Positions 11,701-25,102 of a stretch of DNA of 64,000 nt are shown piece by piece. Made by a program: the position numbers and the translations under genes. Each line of letters opens with the position of its first letter. The stretch's first letter is position 1. The notes under the pieces were generated by a model, which saw nothing but the letters and a program-made list of their open reading frames with translations, did no database searches and was not told the origin of the DNA. Origin of the DNA: Acanthaster planci (taxonomy: Eukaryota); contig NW_019091356.1 of assembly GCF_001949145.1 (NCBI RefSeq), positions 1,987,667-2,051,666 of the forward strand. The letters run 5' to 3'.

Positions 11701-14700
11701 GTGTTGGAAGAGAAGGCCAGCCTCCACGAGCAGCAGGAGCAGAGGATCAAGATGCTGGAGAAGATGATCCTGGTGTCAGGAGGGGGTCGCATCATGCCCG
11801 GCTCAGAGACCAAGAAAGCCAAGTACAAGGTAATATTATGTAACATTTCTGGAGATTAAGTGTTTCTCAGAAGTGCCCCAGGCACTGCAGGTTTTGTTAA
11901 TCATAGTTAATATGATATATTTTATTTGGGAGCAGTGTGGATTTAAAAAAACATCAGAGGCTTATAACCTTTCTGGCTGAGCCAATTACCCTTATCCAAA
12001 AGCAAGATATTCCACAAAATGTAGTTTCAAACTTTAATAAGAGCCTGCCTGAACTGCCAGCATTCCCCGGTAACCCAGGCCCCTGCTTGTTAGGAAGGAT
12101 GCAACGTCAGATTGTAGGTTTGACAGGGTTTGAGTGGGTATACCATGGGTTAGATCCTCCCGTTTTAATACCCATCCTTCAAATTTGCATTCATTCCTTT
12201 ACTGCCTCCAGCGTCGTCAGACCTGGTGTCCAGGCACCGGCCCTCTCCCTCTCCTGCCGATCACCAAGCCGGCCGCCCCCTCAACGATCGAGGAGGCATC
12301 CTTCGTCTCGCAGAGGACCCACAATTCCTCGGACGGAGCTGACTCGTCCCCGTCAGCCTCCATCAGCCCCACCGCCTCCACCTGCAGCGATGGTGAGTGG
12401 CTCCATCATTGCAACAAATTCAAAAGTCTGAGAAATAAAATGGATCATGTTCTCAACTCCATCAGATTAATTTGATACAATACACAGATCAGTGAGACTG
12501 GCACTCCCATGTTCATTACTCAGGTTAGAAGGACAACACACATGTTGAAATACAGGGTTTGTTTGTTTCACACAGATGCGGACCGTGATCAGTGATCATT
12601 AGTTTACCGACACCAGAGCCCATCCAATGAATAGTGAGTGAGAAGGGGCTTTAGGATCACTGATCAACATCTTGATCCACGTGAAACAAGCAAGCCCATA
12701 GACATTATGGGACCAACAATATAACATAGGAATAAATGTCTAATGCCGATGAGATATACCATAATTTGGCAAAAAATTGAAGGGGTTTTGAGGGGGTTTT
12801 TTTTTATAAGGATGTGCTGGTCATTTTTGTCCGTGTTTTTTACTTGGACAGACTTCTCTCGCACTAAAGAGCTGGAGTTCATGGAGGACATGGAGAGTAG
12901 GGAGAACCTGGGAGAGGACAACAGCTTCCTGGCTCCGCTTCCCCTCAGCCCTCAGAGGCAGAGGAGGAAGCGACGCCGGGCTCACGTACACTTCTCCATG
13001 CCCGGGGAATCAAACACTGCAGATGTGGAATGCCAAACTGAGGTTAGTCTGGTCGGACTTTGGAGCCTGAATCTTTCAGCTTTTGTTTTAAAAGTTGAAT
13101 GTCTGACTCTCAATTTTGAATTTGTATCTAAGTTATGATTCCCACTTTCTTCGCACTTTGCAGAGTGAGTTTTGTTATCTTTCTTGCATTTCACTGAGAA
13201 AGGAGTTACCGATCCCTTTTCTCTTTCTGATTTGGACTTAAATATCCATGTCATCAATACTTATCTTTTGTTAAGAAGGTTTTTCTTTTATATATTCTGC
13301 AGGGCCAATTGTTCCCTTTTTATTTTAGAAAAGAGTTATGTTAAAATCGGTCTTTAATTTTTCTTCTTAGCCATCAGAGGCAGACAAAAGCAGTGATAGT
13401 GAAATTAACCATGATGACAAGGTAGTCAACTTGGAGGAGGGAAAGATGTCGGAGGAACTTCAAGAGGCACTGGAGCAATCAAAGAAACAAGCAGAGGGCC
13501 TTCAGGCCAGAATTGTGGAGTTAGAGAATATTACTTCCTCCAGGGAAGGAGCAGAGGAGGCAACGAAAGAGGCTCTACAAGCATCGAATGATCGCTGCTG
13601 CGAGCTGCAGCGTCAAGTCGCCTGTCTCGAAGGGAAAGTAGCAGGGCTGGAAGACGAGAAAGCTGCAGCGTCACAGCAACTGCAGAGCCAGGAAGCCCTG
13701 ATACAGGAATGCAAAGAGTGGAGGGAGAAGAGCCAAGAACTGGAGAGGAAGGTGTGTCGTCTCGAAGAGGAGAACGAGATGGTGAATCAGCTGTCAGATG
13801 CCTTGTGCCTGTCCGAGGAGAAAGTGGGGGAGCTTGAGAGCCATATCCAGGATGCTGATTGCAGAGTTGCCGCCCTGACTGAGGAAGTCTGCGCATTGAC
13901 GGCTCAGCTCAAAGAGAAGCAGGGCTCGGCAGCCGACACTGCCAACAAATTGGAGCTTGAAATCCTGGCCCTAAAGGCGCAATTGGAGGAGCGCAATGAA
14001 GCCCTCTCCCTGGCCTCTCAGAAGTCGGCAGTGGAGGTGTCAGGCCTACAGGAAACCATCCAGGGGCTGGAGGCGGCCGTCTCTCATCTGAAGATGGAGC
14101 GGGAGGAGTTGTCAGCTCTCCCCCAGAGTCTCAAGGAGAGAGAGGCTAAAATTGAGGAGCTGTGCCGGATGCAACAACAAGCAGAAGAAGCCATCACTAC
14201 CTTGAAGCAGGAGAAGGCTGTAATGAGCCAACAGTTGGATGAACAAAATTCCCAGAGTAAACAGAACTACAGAGAAGCCGATGAGCATACTGCCAAAGTT
14301 CAAGGTAGGGCTTCCTTAGGGCATTCAGTCTTTAATGGAACTCTCAGTCACATTGAGAATGGCATTGGCCATGTCTGATTGCTTGGCTAGGACTTAAGAT
14401 AGCACATGTGCTAATGATGGCTGCCAGCTAGCGGCTTCAGGCATTTCGCATAGATGCATGCATTATATCTATCCATAGCCCAGAAATTTAGACACAGCCA
14501 TCGAGTTAGTTGAATAAATGTGTGTTATACATCCATTTCTGGTTGCCATGTAGTTTGTAATCTTTAAGGCTTTGCTCACAACTTCAAAGTCGTAAAGAAG
14601 TGATGACATAATTTATTGAACAGAGCTTGAGGAGGCCGTTCAGTTGCGGGATGAAGAGCTGGAGGTGGTGAACCAACTCCTGGAGGAGCAGCGACTGGAG

Positions 14701-17700
14701 CTGGAGGCCGTCAACCAGATCCTGGACAGGCAGCGAGGGGTGGCCGAGAAGTGTGAAGAGGAGGCTGCCCAAAAGATGGCCGCCTTGGCCCAGGAGGTTC
14801 AAGACCTCGGGAAGCTGGCGGAGGAGCGAAGCTGGGAAGTGGAGACCCTACGCTGTCGGCTGGAGGAGCAGCGGCCCGAAGTGAAAATTCAGATGCAAGA
14901 CTCTGCGGCCGCGACTACTGCCCAGTCCAAGCAGCTGAGAGATGTCGAAAAGAAGCAGGAGTCAGTTGATGAGGATGGGGGGATGGGGCACACTCTGCCC
15001 GAGGAGCTTACGAGAGAGTCTGTCATCACATCAAGGAGAGAGCTGAAGAAGGCCGAAGAAAGAGTGAAAGGTAATTTTGAAAAACAAGAAGTGGAGAAAA
15101 TTCAACCATTTCCAAGAAAAATAATACTTGTCTCCAATTAAAAAAAATGAAAAAGACTGATAAAAGAATCCATATTAAATTTGTAAAAAAATCAGATTTT
15201 TAGAAATAAAAAAGTGTATATTCGAAAACACTGCTACATGCTTTCAAATTTGTTTATTTTTGTTTTTTCCCCATGGCCAGAGCTGACCAGATTACTTGGT
15301 GCCCGGCAGGATGAGCTTGAAACCCTCAACACCTTCCTGGAGGAGCAAGGCAAGGAGGCAGAGGAGGCCAGGAGCCACCACGTGGCAAGGATCACCGAGC
15401 TGACAGCCCTCCTAGAGGAACAGCAGGGCCAGCTGGCCTTGTCTGCCGCGGTACCCCTCACTAGTAGTAGCGCGGAGAGCAAGGTAGAGCCCTCCCTGGC
15501 AGATGAACTGGAAGCCGAGGAGTGGAAAGCAAAGGTATCAAAGTGATCGCGGGAAGTATGTGTTGGACTGATCCAGTTCAATATTCCAACAGTACATGCT
15601 CAAAATAAAGCACATCTGAGATCATTTATGTGCAGTGCGAAGTCTGCCCTGTCAACACCAACCCTGCAAAGGCTCCCATGCCTGGTTTGTTCTCAAATGA
15701 CATTGCCCTTTTTAAAACACTTAACTGGCTCACTAACAAGCATCATGTTTAGCCCGCAGCCAGTAGTCTCTGGCTAACCGTCACCTTCATGGTAAAAAAC
15801 TCTGTCACAGTCTGTTCTGTTATCAGCGGATATTGATGGGCTGAACGTGGCTTATGTTCATGCCCACTAGTCTCATTGATGAACAACTGTAGATGAACAG
15901 GCTGGTCTACTGTCTTACTGGTCTGCAAGTCTTAAACAGCATGGGCAAAAATTGGGAGTCGATGGACATCCGTTATTAATTGTTGTGTGAGATCATGACA
16001 TTCAGGCTATTCTCACGAGGCAGCTACAGTCCACCCTTATTAATAAGAGGTCCTTTGTACTGTCCAGTTTGCCTCGTTATAACAGGAACCATATACTACC
16101 AGTAATGAAAACAAGAAAGAGCCAAGGAGTAGGACCTAACAATTTCCTTTCCTAAGCAGATTTATGTACTAATAGTGCTCTTATTAGCGAGGCTTGACTA
16201 CATGCTCGATGAGCTTGTACCGCTGCTGTCAGTGAACCCAGAGGTGCAAGCGGTTACCTGGCAACGTGTTACTGATGTGGGACATCTACAATTTAATTTC
16301 AAATTTACCTCGAGTTCTGATTTAAATCGAACCTTTTTCCCTCCGTGCATCAGGCGAGAAGAACAGAGTCCGACCTACTGGGGTCCGTCCAACTCTGCGA
16401 AGAGATCATGGAGGAGAAGACAAAGATCTCCCAGGAGAGGAATCAGTTGTAAGTTGAAGGAGATAATGTAAGACCTCTTGGTGTAAATTACACCCACTGC
16501 CTGTTAGCTTTCCCAAAGCCATCCCCCCTGGAGCCTCGATCATCGCCAACTTGAGAAAGGAAAGTTGATCAATACATTGTTCTTACTATTCACTTTGTTA
16601 CGATGCAGGGAAGCGGAGTGCAAGAGCCTGAAGGAGTCACTCAGGGGCAAGGTGTCGGAGCTGAAGGTGCTGCAAGAGCTTCATGAATTCACCCAGATTG
16701 AAGCCGAATTGACCAAGGAACAAGAGGTGCCTGCAATCGTACAATCAGAGTGAAGAGAGAAATCTCTGTCCTCTTTTAAGATCTTACATTTCAGGAGAGC
16801 TGAGCTTTCCTGGAAGATGAGAACACAGATGTCTGAGATGTTAAGCCAGAATAACAATCTGTTGGTTACTCTGGTATTGGAGGATTTCTTTGAGGGTTTA
16901 CCACCTTTCTGAGATCACAATATTGTTATTACTACGTGTACTAATTTTTTCTGGTGATGACACCAAGGATCCTCAAAAATGCCCTTGGCACTGTAGTTCG
17001 GAAGCCTAAATTTTGGATGATGATATGAAGTGCTTGGGAAGCTCGATACTGATGAAGATGTCTTTTTCAAATCTGCAGGTGCAGTATCAAAATGACATTG
17101 AGGATCTCAAGAAGAAGCTAGCAGATCAAGAGAGGTCTCTGGCTGAGCAGTACCGTCAAGAGATAGCAGAACTGCAGAAGAAGCTCGGCTCCAAGGACAA
17201 AGTCCTGGAAGCTGAGTACCAGCGGGACATAGATGAGCTACTGAACAAGCTCCGAGAGAAGAGCCAGAGTTTTAATGCCCTTCAAGAACAAAATGCGGGT
17301 CTCATCCAAGCTGTGAGCCAGAAGGAGCAGCTGGCAGAAAGTCTTCAAGAACGGCTGAATCTGTTGATCAGTGATGGTGAATCTGCCATACAGAAGATAG
17401 TTGATAGTTCAGAATCCTCCACTCAGGTCTCACCTGACGTAGTGGGATTCCTCACCAATGAAGCAGCTGCTCAAACAGAGGCAGTCCAAGACAAAACGAA
17501 TGAGCAAGTAGAGACAACCCTTCCACCTGATACCCTGCAGCAGAGGGTAGCTGAGCTTGAGTCAAGCGAGGCAGCCTTGCGGCAGGAGTGCCAAGCCCTG
17601 ACAACAACTGTCAGCAGCCAGGACCAGGAAATTGAGGTCCTCAAGGAGATCCTCCAGGAGTACCAACAGGACGATGGGGAGGCAGACAACCACACCAAAA

Positions 17701-20700
17701 TTGCAGCTTTTGCCCAACGCATTGAAGAACTGGAAGAGCAGCTCAAGGCCTCTGCCTCCAGCCACCAGACGCTGCCTCTTCCTGATGCCATCCAAATACC
17801 TGTCTCTGGTCAGGAGCTTGATGCCCTAATGGAAGAAAATCAAAGTCTTATGGATGCCCTTGCTAGGTCTCAGAGCCTCGGTGAAAAACTTCAAGGAAAG
17901 GTACAAGATCTAGAGAGAACTACGGAACAAGGAGCCAGTACCCATGCAGAGCTGTCGCGTCTGAGGGAAGAGCTTGGAGTCCTGACCAAGACTAATTTGT
18001 CTCTCTCTGAGAAACTGTCAACGATTGAGACATACTGCAGCAAACTGGAGGCAAAGATTCTCCTGCTGGAAAACTGCCAGAAAAAGGAGGATAGTCAAGA
18101 AATCCATCTTGCCTCTGAGGCTGTACAGTGTCAGTTGGAAGACACAGCCTCCCAGAAGGCTGAGTTGGATCGGATGGAAGATGATTTTAAGAGCAGGATC
18201 AAGCACTTGGAGGAATGCACCAAGAAATTGAGACAAGAAAATCAAGCCTTGATGGGGAATTCTCAAGAGTTGGAGCAGGTTAACCAGGAAAGTGCACGCG
18301 AGAAGGAATCTTTACTGGAAGAGCAAGCTGTCCTCAAACAGCTCTTAGAGGAGGGCTCAAGCAAAATGCACGAGTTGGAAGAGGCAGTGTCTGTACTTAG
18401 GAATCAGTCCAGAGAGGATACCAAAACAATTAAAAATCAAACTGATGAAATTGAGATGCTGCGGCAAGTCCTTGGAGAACAAGAGCAGCAGCTACAGGCC
18501 ACCAGAGATGACTACAAGGATTCTGTCTCACGGATGCAGGAACTTGAGAGCATGATCGATGCCGTGAACCGTAAAAATGCTGACCAAGCAATGGAGAAAG
18601 ACCAGGAAGAGAATGAAATTTGTAGGCTGCGGAGTACTCTGGAGGTCAAGGAAGAACTATTACAAACCAAGGTGGGGCAAAACTTGGAACTGCAGTCTAG
18701 GATAGAACATCTGGAATCTGCCCTGGATGCCAACATCGGGAAGCTGCAAGAAAAAATACAAGCTGAAGCAGAGCAACTTGGTGAAATTCAGCGGCTACAG
18801 GAATGTTTAGAGGAGCAGGCCAATCGGCAGAGGAGCAAAGATGAAAAGTGCATGAAGCTCGAGGCAGGACTGCAAGACCTAGAGAATGTCATGCACTCCA
18901 GGAGCACTGAATGGGAATCAACCCAATCGAGGCAGCAGGAGGAGATCCAGCTGTTGCAGTTAGAGCTGGACAACGTGAGGGACACATTCAGCCCACTGAG
19001 AGACAGCCATGCAGACTTGCAGGCCACCTTCAGGGACCAGGAGGCCAGGATCAAGGACATGCAAGCTGTCATCACCAAGCAGGATGAGGAACTTAAGGTT
19101 TTCCGAGCCCTACTCGACGAACGCAACCGCAAGGTTCTCCATCATGAAGACAAGCATTACGAGATGCTAACAAAGATTGAAAATCTCGAAAGTGGCCATT
19201 CAAACAAGGAGCACACCATCAAACAATTGGAAGAGACCGTCAGCCAACGGGATGAAGAGCTTCAGCAACTTTATACAGCTCTATCGAGTCAAGAAAAAGA
19301 GTTCCATGCTCAGTGCTCAGAGCTCAAAGAGCAGCTGCAGGCGGCCAGAAATTCCCTCAATACCAAAGAAGATCGAATGAAGCAGCTGGAGGAACTAGTA
19401 GAACAGAGAGGTGACGAGGTAGCATCCTTGCAGCACCAGCTTGGAGAATACTGCCAACAGAAGCATAGGTTCCTGACCGAGGTCTCCCAGAAGGAGGAAG
19501 ATCTCTGCAGCTTGCAGCAAGCTCTCGAGGATGCTCAGCAGAGGAACAGGAGTGCCGCCCTGGAGATCCAAGCCCTGGAGGCCCAGGTGCACCAACTGAA
19601 GGCAGAGCTGGAGAATTTAAAGGTTTCTCCAGACCTGACGGATGATGTCAGAAGACTCCAAGCAGAAAAGGTATTAAGCCTACTGAAACTCCATCCTTCA
19701 CAAACTTTAAAGAAAACCCCTTTTTAAAATCTATAAAGTACCTAATTTTCATCAGTGACTGTGTGAAAACAAGGGCCTGAGACACTCATAAACAGAAAAG
19801 AAACTCAGATTCATGCAAGATGTACACTGTAGTGTTTCTTCGCACACTCTCTCTGCCACATCGTCAACATTTGGCCCATCTGGAAATTTCCGCTACGCTG
19901 GTTTTCTTGCCCTTTACAGCTCTTGAGTTTTTTCATGTCGTTTTCTCTCGTCCTCTGCCAGAACGAGCTCCAGGCCCAGCTGGAGAAGGCCACCAAGAAG
20001 TTGCAGCGGAAGACGGCCAACCTGGACAAACTAGACGACGCCTTTGAGACCCTGCAGCAGGACCACTGCTCCCTGGAGGATAAGTACGAGGAAGAAAAGG
20101 CTGAACACCAGCAGACAAAGAACAAGCTACAAGAAGCTGAGGTACATCTTTAGTATTTTTTTAATAATAGTACCGGTAATAACAATTCATTCTTAATAAT
20201 GCATATTACTTTAAACTCTCCAAACGCTTCACCAAAATACATTAAAAAATAAATCAGCTTAATTATAAGTATAAATAGTTAAAAAATCAACATTTTTTTA
20301 AACAAAAGTTTTGAGTTGTCATTTCAAATTTCCCAAATTGTCAATTTTTTTCCAACCGGGTTACTATTACTTTATTATACAGAATGGGTCATTGATTAGC
20401 CGATTCCAGGCATTGGTTTCTGGAAAATTCAGTCATGTGAACAGATGGTCGACTGGTACTTAGCATGCAGCTCCACTACCTGGTACTCTTTAAACAGGAG
20501 AATAACGGTTTCCTGCACAGTGTTGGATTTCAAACAATTTGAGCTTCTTTCCACAATTGCCAGGCATTATGTTTGAAATGCTCACTGTCCTTCAAAGAGT
20601 AACACTTGCGCCTTACGGCGCTTTAAGCTTGAATCTGCAATCATGCAGTGTTCATGTGAAGAGCACAGACTGATACAACAACCAGAATGAGAGACCTTTA

Positions 20701-23601
20701 CTGCCATCGTGTGTGCACGCAGATGATGCGTGCACGTGACGTTTCTTTTTGACCAGTGTGGTGTCGCGACTTGTCAAAATGCGTGCACGCGCTCAAGTTA
20801 AAACTGGTACGTGAGAGTGATGGCCCCACACGAATGGTGTCTCCTCGGACTTGTCTATAACTGCCTCCTAAGTGCCAGTCGACGTGTCTTAAACCTGTAC
20901 ACAAACCCTGAATCCATTATTTCACAGGCCAGCCAGGCTAAGCTCAAAGAACGAGACAGACAGAACCAGAGTGTGGAGGAGCTGATGAAGGCTCACAAGC
21001 AGCAGCTGGCGGAGAAGAACCTACGGATCAACGAGCTGGAGACGGATCTGCTGAGGGGAACCGATCCGCTGGAGGATAAGTATGTTCACACCTTTCCCCT
21101 CACTGAGGATTTGACCGGGCTGTGTCTGAGTCACTTTTAGCTGTGAAATAAAAGTTGTGCACTCTGAGACGGGGTACCAGCTGAAATTGTACACAATATC
21201 TGCTTCGTTTGAAGTTGTGGCCGGAATGCGGGACTGGCTTTGGTGAATATGTTTCTCAGAGTATTGGCTTCTTGCTTCAAAGTGACCCTTGTATCGTGCT
21301 AATACATGATATAACTGCAGGGGGATATGTGTCCCCCCGGCAAATAAGCAGCAAGTAGCAGTTGGTCGGCTTTTACTGTATCCCCCTTAAAAACATGAGT
21401 GCACCCCCGAGGTAACTCCCGAGACTTTCACTGTACGCTGTTTTAGCTAGAGGCGCTCATGTTGCCTCTGAGCGTGTATCTGTAACCAGGTTAGAGAGAG
21501 GAGAATATAAATTGTACCTATTGACATGTAAAACCAAATCACCATTTTAATCACCAATTCACTAGTGTTCAGTCTATTCTGTCTTTCACATTTCCAATTT
21601 TCTTTGACCAGGATAAGATCTCTGAGATCAGAGGTCCAGTACCAAGAGCGTAAAGTGCAACAGTACAAGAAGGAAGCGGAGAAACTCCGCAGCGCTCAGT
21701 CACGGCAGGGTCAGTTCCACCTGTCTAAACTTCTTCGGTCCTCCTGTGTATTTCCACCCCTACCTGTCTTGCTTTGCCAGCCACTGTACAGAAAGGCCGG
21801 AATTTTCTGCTTTAAAAAAACCAATTGTCAGAAATCACTCGAGTCAATGCCCACTCGTCCTCAAACTGTGTGTGTTTTTTTGTTCTGTTAAAAACTTGAA
21901 TTGTAAATCGTCCAGCTCCCTCACAAATGTTTAAGCCCTTTCCAGTCCTCTTCGCTAAACCCGCTTAAACCCCCCGTCCCCAGCAGATAATTTTTGGCTC
22001 TTGAAGTATACAAATGAGGCCTTAAATTTGTCTTGGGTCAAAGCATTGACTGTCAGCACCCAGTCCAGTCGAGCCCAGGAGACAGAGAGTAGTGCTCTGT
22101 GCAGTAGATTTTGCTGTGAGGATTCAATCAACCTCCGAGGTTTTCACCAAAATATATTTGGCATAATTATGTAGGACCCCAGGCTTCCCAGAATGTGTCA
22201 GCCACGGCGCCTGAGCGGCCCCCTGAAGCCACAGGAGGGTCGGGTATCATTGAGAGCTGTGCCATCTTCGCCATCAAGGCCGAGAACCACAAGCTGACCA
22301 AGGCGCTAGAGAAGGCCAAACGAGAGTTGGAACACAAAGACATGAAGTACCACGACCAGGTGTAAGTACCTGGGATCTGCGCAGGTTTAGGGCTGGGTCA
22401 AATATTCTTGCATTCGAATAACTGTGTATCAAATGCTTGAATATTTGGAAATGAAATAAGAGCAATGAAGATCAATTTTTATTATTGCATTTAATTTAAT
22501 ACTGGAGTTTTATTGGTCCAGTTTTGTTGCTGAAACCTTCCTGGTTTTGCTACTTACTGAACTGACTTCTGATTGTAATGGAAAGCTACTTCAAATTCGT
22601 GCTCAAAAGTTGGTCTTGAAAATTTTCCAATTTTCTTCTTTGTTTTAACTTTTGATTCCATGTATGATCACCGATTATTAGGGAAAAAGCAATGTCATTG
22701 GAGAAGCCAAGATTTTTTGACAGCTTCAAGAGTTTTTCTGGCTTCAACTTGTAAAATTTATTCTGTTGCTATTTTCATACTCAAGCTTAATTCATCTTTT
22801 TCTGGCCTACAGTTCTAAGAAAACGGCAGCGGAACAAGAGACCCGTTACTGGAAGGACAAGGCCAAATCACTGGCCAGTCATCTGAAGAGGGCACCTACC
22901 AGTCACGTCACTGATGCGATCATTTCATCGCCACTCAAAGGTGTGCAGAAATTGACTCAGGAATATTAGTCTGGCATTTTGCTGAGAAAGGGAGCTCCAT
23001 CGTAATGGCTATTGTTACATAAGTCCAGACCCTGTGGATTATCTTGGCGAGACATTCTATCAAGTCCAACAGCATCCAAGCATTGTCAAAATAAGCTTGC
23101 TCGGTGTAATAAGATCCTATCGGTCAGCTGTCCCAAGGCCTGAATGGTCTTACCTTCTGAGGTGGACTTTACGATCCAAGAATAATATTGTCCAGTAGGG
23201 ATTTGTAGTTTGCATTCACCTTGAGTATGAACCGGCCTTAACGAGTTGAGCCAGGTTGGGGTAAGTTTAATATGCTGTGGTGGAAGTAGCCACAAAGTTC
23301 TAATGTACTGTTCATTTTGTTTTTCTACTTCCCATCCCCCTCTCCCTCAGAGCGAGATGCCAACGACCCAACCAGCCACCAGACCAACCCCAAGAAGTTC
23401 AGGCCCAACAATGCGCCCGGACCCAAATACGTGGAGAAGATCTCAGGTCTACAGCCGAGTGGGCAGGCCACAACTGCCGGAGCTCCCCGACAGCCGCTAG
23501 ATGACCACAACTGGCTGACCAAGGCGGTCGCAGAGAGGGACGCTGCTGAGGTAGTAAAGGGGAGCGACACTGACGACCCCCAGCAGTGCGCCACTCAGTG
23601 A
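5714..23601 (+). CDS. CENPE: Centromere-associated protein E (kinesin-7), ~2341 aa
   Basis: Exons 5714-5760, 6018-6118, 6595-6684, 7145-7263, 8182-8292, 8900-8981, 9407-9474, 10113-10181, 10367-10630, 11133-11252, 11683-11829, 12212-12392, 12852-13042, 13371-14304, 14624-15070, 15281-15534, 16354-16448, 16609-16726, 17079-19670, 19962-20141, 20928-21079, 21612-21709, 22175-22361, 22813-22940, 23351-23601 (7026 nt, phases consistent). Motor motifs [31 protein letters not shown]; neck [25 protein letters not shown]; long coiled coil; GGSGII tail motif; C-terminal CATQ. Confidence 0.93.
7924..8109. mobile_element. Possible piggyBac-like MITE in CENPE intron 4
   Basis: TTAA|CCCCT...AGGGG|TTAA termini (TTAA at 7920-7923 and 8110-8113) with a weak imperfect terminal inverted repeat (TIR). 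Confidence 0.4.
9091..9348. repeat. 44-bp minisatellite, ~5.9 copies, CENPE intron 6
   Basis: Unit ggtgccctcaaacagtgtcttgtaagaagaaccttttgtatagt at 9091, 9135, 9179, 9223, 9267, 9311; near-identical, no spacers. Confidence 0.95.
16025..16202. mobile_element. Tc1/mariner(pogo)-like MITE, copy 1
   Basis: Starts TACAGTC; co-linear similarity to 57567-57744 (shared agaggtcctt, aacaggaa, agtgctcttattagc.agg..gac). Confidence 0.55.
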
Positions 23602-25102
23602 GCGTGGTAGTCCAACCTCCCCCCCCCCCCATGGCATTGTAAATGGTGGCACACGTGATGGCAGGCCCACCGTCCGGGCATTGCAAAATGTGTGAACGCT
23701 CAGTACGGCTTGTAACTGTTTTCAACACTGATCAGTTCAGGATTCCCTCATCACACATCATATGTCCCCTTCCTCCCGCCGTACCCAACACATTCCTCTG
23801 CTCAATCCCCATACACCCACTCCTAGGTACCTATGGCCTTGAATTTCTCCTTAGCCCCCTCCCAACGCTCCTTCTGACCTTTTTTACCATCACCCCCCCC
23901 CAAAGAAAATCTGCCCATATTTCATATTCCTGAACAAATTAAGACTAAAAAGCACAAAGCACTACTCTTTCTCCAGATGCTGTGTAAAGATACACCGTTT
24001 TAAATGTATAATCTTGTGTCTTTTGTAGTTTCAAATAAGTATTCTCGCATGTAATGTTTAAAAAAGAACACAGACTTCTAGCACGAAAGAACTGATAGTT
24101 TGTGTTCTCAGCCAAGCCTATCGTAAATAAAGTTGGATGTAACAATTACACAATTACAGTTGGACATAATAATTATATTTATATAATTCCATGGCCTAAC
24201 TTTTAGTGTCTAGTGTACAAAATATACTGCACTTGCTTTGATAGCCCAATGAAAAGACTATTTTGAAGGAGAACTCGTTTGACTTTCCCAATTACATGCG
24301 TTTTCATTTGCAAAGGAACATATCCTCTGCCAGACTGATTCGTTGTCGACCAGTTTGAGCCTTCTGTGTCATCTCTTGGTAGAATATGTGTTTAAATTCT
24401 GCTTATGTTCACTATTCTAACTGTCACTTTTCAGGCAGCTAATTTATTTATTTTGATTTTTTTTTTGCTTCTTCATCAACAAATGTAAATAAAAAAAAAC
24501 ATTTACGCCGTCGCCGTGGCATTTTTCCCTTAGGATTCTTCATTTTTAAGCTTTCATTTGATTCTCGTGTGGTAGCTTTGAAACTGAAACTCTCTATGTG
24601 CCCGAAAGAAAATTTAAAATTTCCAAGTACTATCTCTCTGATATTATTTCGGAGATATTACCGTGAGCTTGACCTGGCTGGAATTCATTCAAGACACTTG
24701 AGTAAAATACTGGCAGTCAAGCATTTGACCAGGACGCTCTCCATTTCCCCCGAGGCTTGGAGCCTTGATTACCGGCCGGGGTCGTCTCAGCGTGTCGGTC
24801 TCTGTTGACCAAATCGTCGTCCAAACCACGACGTGTGTCAGAGAGCGAGCGCTCATAAGGGAAAACCGTTGTGTAGGCAACCGTACCTCTTAAATCTCAA
24901 TTTATTATCCGGCCTCGGCGGCTGCCTATCGTTGTCTGGCTTACGTGTGCTGGATTCGTTGATCAGTTGAAACTGTCGTATCATAGAGCTATGGCTAATA
25001 TCCCTCCAACTCTCATATCATTTTAGTGTTTCAGAAACCTGGGTTCGGCATTTGGTTTGAATGAAGTGCAGTTATAAATATTGTAACAGATCTGATACGA
25101 TG

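Noticed and set aside
16795..16860. Extra CENP-E exon after tttcag
   Set aside because: In-frame TGA two codons in; exons 16726>17079 already join in phase.
13531..19595. Many antisense and alternate-frame ORFs over CENP-E exons
   Set aside because: Shadow ORFs of Glu/Gln/Leu-rich coiled-coil codons; no independent splice or homology support.
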